The notes: a model not told the origin generated them from the sequence alone. A stretch of DNA of 64,000 nucleotides from Octopus sinensis (GCF_006345805.1 NW_021834602.1:2692-66691); one strand, 5' to 3'. Positions 23,041 through 36,768 are shown, counted from the first letter of the stretch. Translations and numbers: made by a program.

Positions 23041-23439
23041 CATCTTCATAAAGTTTCTCTCTTTACATAACTTGTGCTTAGTATGACACCCTTCTAGAGA
23101 AAGTAAAAAGCTGCATCCTCCTCAGTCTTCACTTTCTCTATCACACAAGAGCCGAAATTATTTAATTGCGGTCGTATTATATGTAGATTAAGAAATGAGA
23201 TGTGGTCGAAAAGATCCAGGAAAACGCAAGTCAAAATAATGAAAATGAGGTACAGAAATATTAAGGCCCAGACGAAGTGGTTGCGGTGGTGAAGGTGTTA
23301 CAGTCGTACACGTACAGCGCCCTTCTAACAATGAGAACAGGGCAGACAACACCGTTGATTGTTAATATGGAATCAGATACCACTGTGAGATATATAGTTG
23401 TGTGTACTATGGTGGCTTTCGATTTGCTAAAATTGCTCA

Positions 23440-23567
23440 AAATTTTCAAATTTAAATGCTCTCTTTTACTGAACCGTTAAGTTACGGGGACGTAAACACA
23501 CCAGCATCAGTTGTTAAGCGATGTTGAGGGGACAAACACCGACACAAAAACATACACACACACACAG

Positions 23568-23615
<48 letters not shown>

Positions 23616-23803
23616 ACACACACATATATATATATATACGACGGGCTTCTTTTACTTTCCATCTACCAAATCCACTCACAAGGCTTTGATTTGCCAGAGG
23701 CTATAGTAGTAGATACTTGCCCAAGGTGCTACGCAGAGGGACAGATCCCGGAAACATGTAGTTCGTAAACAAGCTACTTACCACACAGCCACTCCTACGC
23801 CTA
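23440..23803 (-). mobile_element. SINE family A
   Basis: Sequence match to the other copies. Confidence 0.8.
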
Positions 23804-23971
23804 TTGATTCTTTATTTATCAACTTATGGCAAAAATGAATTTCATTTTGCTCAACAGCACAACGAAACACACCACCTGGACCAGAAATCGAAACTACAAT
23901 CTAGTGATTTCGAATTCAGCAACCGCTAACTACTAGGCTAGGCGGCTTCATACACGCACTCTTACACAAAT

Positions 23972-24069
<98 letters not shown>

Positions 24070-24169
24070 CTTATAGATATACATACATTTTTCACATACA
24101 TACACACACTCACATAGAAACATGCATGACATTCTATCTGTCTATCATCTATCTATCTCTAAATATGTG

Positions 24170-24250
<81 letters not shown>

Positions 24251-24269
24251 TGTATAGAGAAGTAAGGAG

Positions 24270-24610
24270 TAAAGACACCCCCCACTTCGGTCACGAATGA
24301 CCTTGGGATTGGACCTAGAAAATTCCCCTGTGAGGCACAAGTCCGGAGGCAAGGTTGTTTTTGGAAGACCATCAGTCGCCCATGCATACCAGCCTCCGCT
24401 CTCCACGTCACCGATGTTATCTAAGGGAAAGGCAAAATGGGCCGATACAGCTTGGCACCTGTGACGTCGCAACTCATTTCTACAGCTGATTGAACTGGAG
24501 CAACGGGAAATAAAGAGTCTTGCTCAAGAACACAACACACAACCTGTTCTGGGAATCGAACTCAAAACCTCACGATCGTAAGTTCGACGCACTAACCACT
24601 AAGCGCCATA
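24270..24610 (-). mobile_element. SINE family C (tRNA-derived)
   Basis: Reverse complement has A box tggcgcttagtgg, B box gagttcgattcc, then ttcttgagcaagac. Confidence 0.7.
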
Positions 24611-25453
24611 CATGTATTTATGTACGTTTGCATGTGTGTGTCTGTGTCTGTGTGTCTGTCTGTCTGTGTGTATTGGTAGCTTTTATACTCTTGCAAGTCA
24701 GCTCTGATCTATATTCTCTAAGATCAAAAGCATTCTAGTCGTGACCATCGTGTTTTTTAGTCATACATATTTTACATAAGATTGGTAGGATGTGATTATA
24801 GAGTTATTATTTACTTATTTATTTGTTTACTTATTTCTTTATTCATTTTTCCAGAAGCTTAACCGAAAATTAGATTCGGATCCATGTATTTCTTTCCAGT
24901 TTTGTTTCCGCAAAATTGGTCTGTGACAGCTAAAACAGTGTTTTGAAAAATGATGATTGGTTTCGATTCCATGTGAAGTCTGTCTTCAGTTCTCAAATAA
25001 TCGTTTCTGACAGCTCATACATTCCTCAACTACACGTATACGCAGAAATACAAACACACAAATACACAAAAGACATATACGCTACAATGTGCTGTGTACG
25101 CCTCACACGCAAACGCGTATACGCGCACCCAAACATATACACATGAATACACACCTACCCTTCCTACCTCGCACACATTTCTCATAATTCTCTGTGACAG
25201 CCGACGAAGATTATTGCCATTATCCGTCAAAATCGCAGAATCATTTAAGTTATTTATTATTCTGAGAGCTTCTTAGTTTTTCTCTCTTTTTGATTTGTTT
25301 TCTATTTCCTTCCTTTCTCTCTTTCTTTCCCTTGTTTTTTCCTTCATATATTTCTCTCTCTCTCTCTCTCTCTCTCCCTCTCTCTTTCTCCCCCTCTCAA
25401 CCTCTCAACTGCTTTCATCTATAAACAATAATTTGTCTCTAATTAACCACTGG

Positions 25454-25484
<31 letters not shown>

Positions 25485-26144
25485 ACGCTAAAACGCACAC
25501 ACACACACACACACAAATATAGGTACATATATACATACACGTACATATATTTATATATGTGTATACATATATATTATATATATATATATAATATATATAT
25601 ATATATATGTATGTATATATGTGTGTATATATGTCTATATATATATATGTATATATATATGTGTGTATATCTACATCTATCTATCTATATATATATATAT
25701 ATATTATATATATGTATGTATGTATGTGTGTATGTATTTGAGAACCAATCAGTATTGAGGCTTTTTGATGGACTCCTTCGTTTGTTAGCTAATTGGATGT
25801 TTAGCTGATAGCCCTCTGAATTATTTATACACGTCAGTTGTTATTGTTATTGTTTCTGGCATGGTTATTATATTTCATGCTGCTACTGCTGCTCCAGTCT
25901 TGTTCTGCCTTTTCTCTCCCCTGCCCCCCCCCATCTTCTACCCTTCCTCTTAGATTGATTAACTTCTTAACGACCATTTCTCCTGAATAGTACGCCAGCC
26001 AGCACAAACAGAGCTCATCCGTTAGTCTTTGCTTGATAAATCCTGTTACAAACTTTTGCTCCTCTCTACAACCTTTCTCACATTCCTTGCTTAGTTCCCC
26101 CTCGCTCATTTCCCACACTACTCGCACCAAATTTAACAAGCTTT

Positions 26145-26187
<43 letters not shown>

Positions 26188-26219
26188 TCTCTGTTATTTT
26201 CTTACCTTATTATATACAC

Positions 26220-26297
26220 ATACGTACGCGTAGCTACAGATTCATGTCTACACGCTTAGAAGACTAGTCTATTATACACCTACATACAAATACATAC

Positions 26298-26342
<45 letters not shown>

Positions 26343-26593
26343 ATATATATATATATATACGTATATATACATAAATACATACACCCATACATACATACAT
26401 ATATACACATACACACACCACACGTATACATATACATACATATACGCGCATGCATACACACACAATATTGTGTATGTATATGTATATGTGTGTGTATGCA
26501 TGCGCGTATATGTATGTATATGTATACGTGTGGGTGTGTGTATGTGTATATATGTATGTATGTATGGTGTGTATGTATGTATGTATATATACG

Positions 26594-26625
<32 letters not shown>

Positions 26626-26715
26626 TATTATGTATGTATTTGTATGTAGGTGTATAATAGACTAGTCTTCTAAGCGTGTAGACATGAATCTGTAGGTACG
26701 CGTACGTATGTGTAT
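26220..26715. repeat. Near-perfect palindrome (~245-bp arms, centre ~26467)
   Basis: The unique segment at 26220-26300 is mirrored at 26629-26715. Confidence 0.85.
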
Positions 26716-27007
26716 ATATGTGAATGTATGTAGATGTATGTATGTATGAATATAACGCGTACGTGCGTGTATGTGTATGAGTGTGCGCGAATGGTGAGTG
26801 TGCGTGCTAATGAGTGGCGTGCGTGAGTGAGTGCTTGTGGTTCAAGTAGAAAGATAAATGGACTTGCTGTCGTAGCCAAGATGCTGTGACCAGCGGTCCA
26901 AAGATAACAAAAGTAATAAATGAAGATAATAAAATTAAAATTAGGGAATGGGTTTGTTTTGCATGTATATATATGTGTGTATGTGTAGGTATGTATAGGT
27001 ACATATG

Positions 27008-27040
<33 letters not shown>

Positions 27041-27224
27041 GTGTGTGTATATGTATATATGTGTATATAGGGACTTGTGTGTTGTGTGTGCATGTGTGTA
27101 TGTGGATATGTGTGTGTATGTGTGTATGTGTATGTGTGTGTATGTATATATATTTTTTCGTGTGTATATGTATGTGTGGTCGTGTGTGTAAACATACATG
27201 TGTGTGTGTATGTGTATATGCATA

Positions 27225-27265
<41 letters not shown>

Positions 27266-27733
27266 TTTTATATATATATATGTGTAGATATGTGTATGTA
27301 TATATATGTGTATGTATATATGTGTGTGTGTATGTATGTGTGTATGTATATGTGTGTGTGTGTGTGTATAAGTATACATATGTGTATAGGTATAAGTGAG
27401 AATCTCCTTATTTACCTAAAACCTTTCTTCTATATATTTTTTTATTCTTTTATTTATTCTTTTATCTAATTTACCACTGACTCCTTGACCACTCCCCCAA
27501 GTATGATATTTTTGCGCTATGCCTACCCCCAAAAAGTCCCCCACCACCACCCCTTTAAACCTCCCTAAATGTATAAATGCCAATACAATTCTTGTTAACT
27601 AGCTTCCTGAAGATTTCTCTTGAATGAAACAGTTCTAGTCCTGTAGATGCTCCTTCTATATAATAAATAATTTTACTCTGCTATGTATTGAGTACCTTAT
27701 TTACTGTGGTTAACCCCGAATCAACCCGGGACC

Positions 27734-27832
<99 letters not shown>

Positions 27833-28056
27833 TATATACGAATATAACAAGAAGGGTAGTAAATTATTTACTACCAGGTGCCCAGCACACAAAAGACGAA
27901 TAGTCATAAGACAAAAATATTATTCATATAGAAAAATATTATTCATGTAGTTATACATTAAGGGCTCCTAAATAAAGATGCCGAGTGCGGGGAACACAAA
28001 AAGGGGATGAATTTATCGAGAGTGAAAATCAAAAACGTTTACCGATAACTTTAACA

Positions 28057-28130
28057 ACTCGTACCGCGGTTTCTGCTTCTTTCTAGCAAAACACAGAATA
28101 TGTTTGCTAAGGCCAGCTTCATCAGCGAGT
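28057..28130 (-). ncRNA. Type I hammerhead ribozyme, family C (copy 1)
   Basis: actcg-CTGATGA-agct...(tagcaaa/tttgcta hairpin)...agca-GAAA-c(cgcg)g-TA-cgagt. There is an A.A mismatch at 10.1/11.1. Confidence 0.72.
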
Positions 28131-28502
28131 CGCCTGAATTTATCGAGGTCTGCAGCGATGTGGGACTATATGTTACACCCGACTACTAGCAGATCTTAAC
28201 TTTTCAAATCTCTGGCGCAGACGCAAAATTTACACGGGCATGCCGGGAAGAATTTTACGATATAAATTCATCATGTAGTATGCGAATATAAACAAGAAGG
28301 GTAGTAATATTATTTACTACCAGGTGCCCAGCACAAAAGACGAATTAGTCATAAGACAAAAATATTATTCATATAGAAAAATATTATTCATGTAGTTATA
28401 CAATTAAGGGCTCCTAAATAAAGATGCCGAGTGCTGGGAACACAAAAAGGGGATGAATTTATCGAGAGTGAAAATCAAAAACGTTTACCGATAACTTTAA
28501 CA

Positions 28503-28576
28503 ACTCGTACCGCGGTTTCTGCTTCTTTCTAGCAAAACACAGAATATGTTTGCTAAGGCCAGCTTCATCAGCGAGT
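28503..28576 (-). ncRNA. Type I hammerhead ribozyme, family C (copy 2)
   Basis: Same motif as copy 1. Confidence 0.72.
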
Positions 28577-29552
28577 CGCCTGAATTTAATCGAGGTCTGC
28601 AGCGATGTGGGACTATATGTTACACCCGACTACTAGCAGATCTTAAATTTTCATCCCCTTTTTGTGTTCCCAGCACTCGGCATCTTTATTTAGGAGCCCT
28701 TAATTGTATAACTATATATATATATTAGGAGTGTGGGGTTGAGTGGGTTTTTGGAGTATGTTGAGGTTATATGTATGTATAGGTATGTGTAAGTGGGGTG
28801 TGTATTTGTATATGTCGTGGGTGTGTGGTTTAGTGTGGTATTTGTGTGTGAATGTTTAGGTTGGGGGATTGCTATATAGGTATGTTATAGAGTTTAGTAA
28901 AGGGAGATTTTATCATTATATGTTTTTATGAGTTTTGGTTATCATGGTAGTTTTGTTAAGGAATTCGTAGTAATTTGTGTCTATTTGCGATGTCTGTTGT
29001 TTTATTGCATATTTCATTCATAATTTTTAAGTAGTTTCGTTTTACCAAGTGAATATAATTTTTAATTCCATTTATTCCATTTCTCCGTTCATAATTTTAA
29101 GTGATGTCCGTTTTAGAGCGGTAATGTGGGTTGTATGTGTGTGTGAGGGAGTATGATAAGTATTGTGTTGAAGTATTTAGCTATTTTATTTATTCATCGT
29201 TGCTAGACGTTTTTATGTGTATGTATAGGGATTATATATAGGTGTGTGATTTAGTGTATGTATTTAGATATGGTTATATATAATTAGTTATATGTGTATG
29301 GGTGTATATATAGTTTATTTTTGTTTTGTTTTATATTTTTTATTTTATATTTTATATTTTATATTTTATATTTTTATATTATATTTAATTGTTGATAGGT
29401 TTATTTTAGTTTATATATTGTTTATATATTGATATATATGGATTATATATAGGTTATAATAGATTATATATTTATATTTTTTCATTAATACTTTAATTAT
29501 TTTAAAATTATTATTTTTATATTTTAAAATATTGATATTTTAGATTGGAAGT

Positions 29553-29594
29553 CCACCTGAAGATTGTCGATCAAGACAAGAAACATTGTAGTGG
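29553..29594 (+). ncRNA. Compact type I hammerhead ribozyme, family D
   Basis: ccac-CTGAAGA-ttgtc(gatcaa)gacaa-GAAA-c(att)g-TA-gtgg. Confidence 0.65.
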
Positions 29595-29761
29595 CGGTTT
29601 TTTTTGACTTTTTATTAAAATTTATGTATTGATTAAGTTTCCTTGTTGTTTTGCAAAATAGTGGTTTTGTCTCTAATAATATTATATAATATTTTACTAT
29701 AAAATGGATTTAATCCTAAATCTGATTTTTTTCCTGTACATTGGATTTATTCCCTAATATT

Positions 29762-29795
<34 letters not shown>

Positions 29796-29933
29796 GGGCA
29801 AGCCAAATGGCGGAGTGAGTGACACGTGCCCCTTCAAGAAAAAAGTGTGCCCTTATTACACCCTTTCATCCTGGAATTGTATTTCCTTCTCACCTTGTGC
29901 CCTCTTTTCGAAAAATTCCTGGGACCACACCTG

Positions 29934-30010
<77 letters not shown>

Positions 30011-30151
30011 GTTTCGCATTTATAAAGCGCTTAGCTGTGTAGGCAACTCGTCAGACTCAAACGGCGGGAGTTATGTGTCTCCGACCATTTGAGTGTGACG
30101 AGTTTGTCTACATAGCTAAGCGCTTCATAACTTCGGAACCAATGGTCGCTC
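30011..30151. ncRNA. Diverged inverted pair of degenerate HHRs
   Basis: The minus copy (30011-30061) keeps CTGACGA and GAAA but is cut off by (TG)n. The plus copy (30088-30151) has mutated GTGACGA/GGAA but keeps cc(aat)gg-TC-gctc. Confidence 0.45.
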
Positions 30152-30231
30152 TGACCAGTCATAATGATAATTGCCTCTATAAGTGTATTACCGGTATAAT
30201 GTTTTAGAGTGTGTTTCTTCTAATGACGATG

Positions 30232-30296
<65 letters not shown>

Positions 30297-31202
30297 GTGT
30301 ATGTATGTATGTATGTATGTATGTGTGTATGTATGTAATATCTTTCGATGACCCGATTAGTGGTATTGCCAGCTGTTACTTGAGGGTATTGATTATTTTC
30401 TTTAGGGATGTAGAGATATGACATGATCTCCCCTGCTCGATAACGACATAACAATGGAGTCCCCTTCCATTCATATTTATCTTCGCCACTTAAAGCAGCT
30501 TTCTCGCATTAGACCGCAAACTTTAATTTCTTTTCTGTTGCTAACAACTTTAGCAAAAGAATTGCCATCAGTTCTGTTTGTGTTACTGAGAACAACATTT
30601 TTTTCTCATTTGAAAGGATTTGTTTTTACCTGTTTAACAAAATATATTGTTGTCGCTACTGCTGTTGCTGTTGTTTTTAACAGTATTAGTCGAAACTGTT
30701 CAAAATGATATTTTTTCATTTTCCTGTAACTATTTGTGAGTTTTGCTCCAAAATTAAAATTCCTGATTTATTATATTTCCGCTCTCTATAGTTATGCCCA
30801 TGTCCACATCTCTTAAGAAGATGCTTTTAAGAGCTACTTTGGGATGAAATAGAATTAGCTCAAGAACGACATATCTCAAGTCGCTACCGGTCCGAAATAA
30901 ATGCCCAATGCATTTCCCAAAATGAAATACCATATTTTCCAGCGTACAAGTCGACGTAGCATAACCATTCACAAATCATTACTAGATTTCAAAATTCTGC
31001 CGCATTTCATATGAAACATTTGGTCCTCCAAAGTCATCTTCATGTATATGTCGACTTATCTCTCTTGTCTGTACATATTGGTCTCAAAATTTCGACATTT
31101 ATGCCGGAAAATACAGTATTGCTTCTTCAGCCGTATATAGCAAAACCCCGAAATTATTACCCGATTACGGCAATATTTGGTAATGGACTTTGTTGAGAGA
31201 GA

Positions 31203-31235
<33 letters not shown>

Positions 31236-31753
31236 TGTGTGCGTGTGGACTGGAGAGAGACAATAGTAAATACTTTGCTTTAGTTACTCTAGTTTGGCAG
31301 ATTATAACTAAATAAGATATTCCAAAACTGCTTGGATTGATTGTAAGTCTCTTTCTCGACTTATATCTTGAGGTCGATATTACTATACATGTAGAAGCTT
31401 CCGGAAACTTGCAGGATATATTTTCAATGGAGTAGACATTTACTACAGTCCAGTCAAATATCCAGATTATTTCTACCATAACTCTTTCTGAAAAATCATT
31501 CTGACACATTGTCTTACTGCATAAAAAAAAATAACGCCCACGGTCATATTGCTTTGTGGCTTGCATAATGCTCTTCAGTTGCTCTGTGTTTCTTTACAAC
31601 AGCTTTATAAAATAGATTTTCACCAATATCTAAGTATTTATAACACCTATTGTGTCCAACAGAAGAGTGAAGGAAGTCATTGATGCTCATGCTTTAGGAT
31701 TCCCAAAAAGTTTTTCCAAGTTCGACTATGAAATATGTATGTATACATACGTG

Positions 31754-31795
<42 letters not shown>

Positions 31796-31854
31796 CATTA
31801 CGTACGTTCATGCTTACATAACATACATACATAAATATATGTGTGGCTATGGTT

Positions 31855-31890
<36 letters not shown>

Positions 31891-32042
31891 ATATATTATA
31901 TAATATAATATGTGTGGTGGGTGTGTGTTGTGTGGTATTGGTATTATATATATATAAAGGTAAATATAATACATTATACATTGTGTGTGTTGGTGTTCTT
32001 GTATGTATGTGTGTGCGTGTTTGTGTGTCTCTGTTGTATATT

Positions 32043-32084
<42 letters not shown>

Positions 32085-33344
32085 ATAAAATATATAAATA
32101 AATAAATAAATAAATATATATATATTATATATATATAGGCATGTACACGTATAGGAACATGATATTGTAAAGGAAAAAGTTGAAACAGACATGAATGTGT
32201 AAGAGATAATAAGGAAAAGTTAAAAAGATAACACTGTAAAAGAAAATGAGGTAAAATAAAATGTTGGTGTTACAAAGAAATGATTGAACAGAAATGATTG
32301 AAAGAGACGGCAGAAGGTTAAGGAAGAGAGAATGATAAAAAGGTATTTTTGAAATGCATGTATAATATGAGAATTTATAGAAATGGTAGTTAAAGCAGGC
32401 GACGATATGTGGAAGTAATGACGTTAAAAAAATGCTTCTAAAAATGTATACGCAACATGGGATTACATAGAACTAGGAAAAAAATAGACGACAACACATG
32501 GAGGAAAGATGAGGAAAAGATGTGGAAATATATACAATAGATCGAAAAGTATTGAAAATGGTAAGCAACACACGCATCATGAATAACATTTAAATAAAAA
32601 AAAAAACGAAGCCAACTTCTGAAAGAAAGGAATTGAGCAAGAAGGTTACGTTAGCTCTATTTTTGTATTCTATCCGCAGAAATTCTAAATAGATTTTTGC
32701 CTAGAATGTTATTAAATTTGGAACAATAGTTACATGAAAAGATAGTAAGGCCATATAAGTAGATCATTTGCATCTGGGGAAAGATTATAAAATATATCAA
32801 AACTATTTCAGATGAAAAGAAAGAAACACGGACGTTTGAGAGTCGAATAAAAGCCGCAGAGAACTAAGTTTGATCCAAAATCTACTACGTCAACCAACAA
32901 GAAAAAGAAAAATCGAAGGTAAAGATTATGAGACATATGAAGATAAAAGAGGGAAAAAAATGAAGGAAGTTAAAAGAGTGTTTTAATCCACTTGTAGCGG
33001 TCAACTTTTAAATCCGATCTTGGCAAAGATTAATCGGCAAAAGTAGAACGGAAATATTCAATCAAACATCCTTGGCTTGTCTCTTCCATTACCTTCGCCA
33101 CATTAAACGAAGTCGTTGAGGCGGCTCTCATACGCTGACAGGTAAACTGTGATATAAACCAGCATGGCACAGTCCTTACTTCACAGAACACAGAGCTTGG
33201 AATTCGTAGCTGACGTTGATCCTGATGACATTGTTCGTTGCCATGGTAGCAGTATTGTTTCTAGTTGTGGCAAGGGTTGTTGTAAGGGTCAAGATAGGTA
33301 AGAACCGATAATTAAAATATATGACTAACTATGGTATAGAATAT

Positions 33345-33729
33345 TTATGGTGATGTTGGTGTTGGTGGTGGTGATGGTGGTGGTGTTTGTTGTAGTGACG
33401 GTAGTGGTTGGTGTAGAAATAGTAATAGTGATAGTGGTGGTGGTGATTGTGGTGGCGGTGGTTGTGGGGATAGTGGTGGTACACACGATAATAGTAGTGG
33501 TACTGGTTGTGGTGGTTGTAGTAGTGACGTGCTGGTAGTGATGGTTGCAGTAATGGTGATAGTGTTAGTAGTGGTGGTGGTATTGGTGGTGGTTATTGTC
33601 GTGGTGCTGGTGGTGGTGGTGGTGATAGCGGTGGTAACGGTGATGGTGGAGTTGGTGTTGATAGTGGTAGTGGTATTAGTTGTGGTTGTGACAGTGGTGA
33701 TGATGGTGATCGTCGTCGTCGTCGTTGTT

Positions 33730-33816
<87 letters not shown>

Positions 33817-34057
33817 TAGTAGAGGTGGTGGTAGTAGTAGTAGTAGAGGTGGAATACCTTAAATTTTCATACTTTCTAGGTCGATAGAATAAGCACCACT
33901 TGAGTGCTAGTCGCGGAGGAGTGTGTGTGGTAGGGTGTAATCGACTTACGCTCACCTCCGAAATCGCTGGCCTTATGCCAATATTTGAAACCAATATGCA
34001 GCAGCAGCAGCAGTAGCAGCAGCAGTAGTAGTAGTAGTAGTAGTAGTGGTAGTAGTT

Positions 34058-34088
<31 letters not shown>

Positions 34089-34100
34089 AGGTGGTGGTGG
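33345..34100. repeat. Degenerate (GTG/GTA/GTC/GCA)n trinucleotide tracts
   Basis: Direct inspection. Confidence 0.9.
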
Positions 34101-34528
34101 TCCTTGTTCTTGTTCTTGCCCAAGTTTGTTCCACCTCTTGGAAGGCGTCGTCCATAACAGGCCTTGTCTCTCTCTATCGTTTGGTCTGACCAGCATGGGA
34201 CACCCTAGCAGGATCTTGCGCTCGGCTGACTTATCTCTCAGGATACTTCCTTTGAATTTGTAGACCAATTCTATACTTTCGTTGTATTCGTCCCTGACGC
34301 TACAGCCTCCTTTGGGACAAAACTGTTTTAAAAATTCTAATACAAGCATTAGGACACGGAGATTATCAGAATCTTTGGTTTAAACCAGAAACAATACTAA
34401 TAATTATATGGTATCATAAGAATTATTAACCCTTTAATTTTGAAACCGGCCATATCAGGCCTTGTTTTAAGTCTAATCTGACCAGAGATAGTTTCTCACA
34501 TCTAGACTACAATGTCAGTCTAAAAATA

Positions 34529-34599
34529 ATAGTGGTAGAATACTGGTAAGAATCCTGCCTGTCACGCGGGAGACCGGTGTTCGATCGCCCGTCGGGGAG
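34529..34599 (+). pseudogene. tRNA-Asp(GTC) pseudogene
   Basis: cctGTCacgcgggagaccgg-tgttcgat-cgcccgtcggggag matches the eukaryotic tRNA-Asp 3' two-thirds, with the anticodon at 34561-34563. The 5' acceptor strand is lost. A T5 run follows at 34613-34617. Confidence 0.7.
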
Positions 34600-34618
34600 A
34601 CGTTAACGCTGCTTTTTA

Positions 34619-35175
34619 TAGGCGCAGGAGTGGCTGTGTGGATTTGGTAGACGGAAACTGAAAGAAGCCTGTCGTATATATGTATGTATATATATGTGTG
34701 TGTGTGTATGTTTGTGTGTCTGTGTTTCTCCCCCTAGCATTGCTTGACAACCGATGCTGGTGTGTTTACGTCCCCGTCACTTAGAGGTTCGGCAAAAGAG
34801 ACCGATAGAATAAGTACTAGGCTTACAAAGAATAAGTCCTGGGGTCGATTTGCTCGACTAAAGGCGGTGCTCCAGCATGGCCGCAGTCAAATGACTGAAA
34901 CAAGTAAAAGAGAGAGTAAAAAGAGAGTAATGTATGTATGCATGTATGTATGTATGTTTGTGTGTCTGTGTTTGTCCCCGCAACATCGCTTGACAACCGA
35001 TGCTGGTGTGTATAAGTCCCCGTAATTTAGCGGTTCGGCAAAAGAGACCGATTGAATAAGTACTAGGCTTACAAAGAATAAGTCCTTCGGTCGATTTGCT
35101 CGGTTAAAGGCGGTGCTCCAGCATGGCCGCAGTTAAATGACTGAAACGAGTAAAAGAGAGAGAGCAAAGAGAGTA
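34619..35175 (+). mobile_element. SINE family A with head deletion and duplicated 3' half
   Basis: The body and tail occur twice (34705-34925 and 34955-35175). Confidence 0.8.
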
Positions 35176-35814
35176 AATTACATCATTGAAATCTCAAAAC
35201 AATAGGATAATACATGTTAGTTCAAAACATTATGGATAAATAAGCACTGCATTTAACAGTGAACTGAATGCTAAAGGGTTAAAACAAATTTAGACGAATA
35301 CGTAATGAAAATATCATATCTTACATATAATACAACACCGTTAGATACTATACTATATAATACAAAAGAAATACAAATTTGAGACAAAACACCGCACGCC
35401 TTCATATCGCGCAGCGCTACGCTCGATTTTGCAATGAAATCACACGATGAAAATAAGACAACTGAAAAATAATAATAACGCTTGCTTCTTCCTTTATATG
35501 AAGAATTCTTTATCCTCTGTCCATAAACGTAATGTTTTGAAATTTTGCGTTAATTAAACTCGTGTTGAGATTGTTTTTGCTATCTGCTTGATTATTTGTG
35601 GCCGGCATTCATTGTTCGTTGCGTTTCATTTAACGTAAAATTGGTCTCCATGGCATGCTGCCGTTATCTTCTCTTTTGTATGGAGATAATGACATACACC
35701 CGCACATTCATGTGTACATACACTCTCACACACACACATACATAGACGTATATATCCGTACACGTATGTGTGCTTATGCATACACACACGCACATTTGTA
35801 TCTCTGTATCTCTG

Positions 35815-35857
<43 letters not shown>

Positions 35858-35866
35858 GTATATGTG

Positions 35867-35898
<32 letters not shown>

Positions 35899-36387
35899 TG
35901 TATGTATGTACGTATGTATGTATGTGTGTGTGTTTGTGTGTGTGTGTATGTATGTATGTATGTATGTATGCATAAGCTTTTTCACTTGAAACGAGCATCG
36001 ATAATCATCTTATTAAACACGAGCTATTTTAATTAAGCTACGTGATGAGTTTTGCAACTATCCAGTGGGCAAGTCAAATTAGTTTCCCCTCACAAGCAGG
36101 ATTACAATTGTATTTTTGTTATGTGAGAGTTTTATGTGAGTTTTTCATGTGAAGATATTATCGAATCTGCCATTTCACTAAATGATACGTCATGTTGTAA
36201 TCCATCCTCGGGATTAATTCAAACCTGTACAGGAATTTGTTGGATAATCCCGCCAAGAATGCTTTCGTACGTGTTGCAATGTAATCGTTTTGTGGCATCG
36301 AATCTGGTTTCAATATTTTCTCTTATAGTTGTCACAAACCAACAGGGAATAAATGGAACGAAGCGAACAATTCTAGACGTGTTTTTC

Positions 36388-36429
<42 letters not shown>

Positions 36430-36434
36430 ATATA

Positions 36435-36466
<32 letters not shown>

Positions 36467-36487
36467 TTATATATATATATATATAAT

Positions 36488-36534
<47 letters not shown>

Positions 36535-36693
36535 TACATATCTAATGCATGTATAATATATACATATAGATATATATAATACATATATATATAGAGAGAG
36601 AGAGAGAGGAAAGAGAGAAAGAAAGAGAGAGAAAGAGAGAGAGAGAGGTAGAAGAGAGAATAGAGGTAGATAGATAGATAGATAGATAGATAG

Positions 36694-36734
<41 letters not shown>

Positions 36735-36768
36735 TATAGATATACACGCCTACACGCACACAGCCAAG

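Larger units (their letters stand above)
27839..28713 (-). mobile_element. HHR element family C: 1.8 tandem 444-bp units plus an inverted terminal piece
   Basis: Unit starts at 27839 and 28283. 28648-28713 is the reverse complement of ~28396-28460. (TA)n on the left. Confidence 0.8.
34426..35282. mobile_element. piggyBac-like MITE split by nested insertions
   Basis: TTAA|CCCTTT at 34426-34435 and AAAGGG|TTAA at 35273-35282. The two halves flank the tRNA-like sequence and the SINE. Confidence 0.55.

Noticed and set aside
24950-24995. HHR-like CTGAAGA...GAAAC on the minus strand
   Set aside because: No stem I and no valid stem III/UH.
30454-31566. Possible LINE ORF1 knuckle and APE endonuclease remnants
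   Set aside because: Only vague motifs (RCGHGHNYRE, TVVNVYS), in the wrong order for a LINE.
33876-34349. 157-aa ORF
   Set aside because: Half of it is simple repeat, and I recognise no motif in the remainder.
34529-34599. Functional tRNA-Asp gene
   Set aside because: The acceptor stem 5' strand is missing and the T arm is mutated, so it is recorded as a pseudogene.
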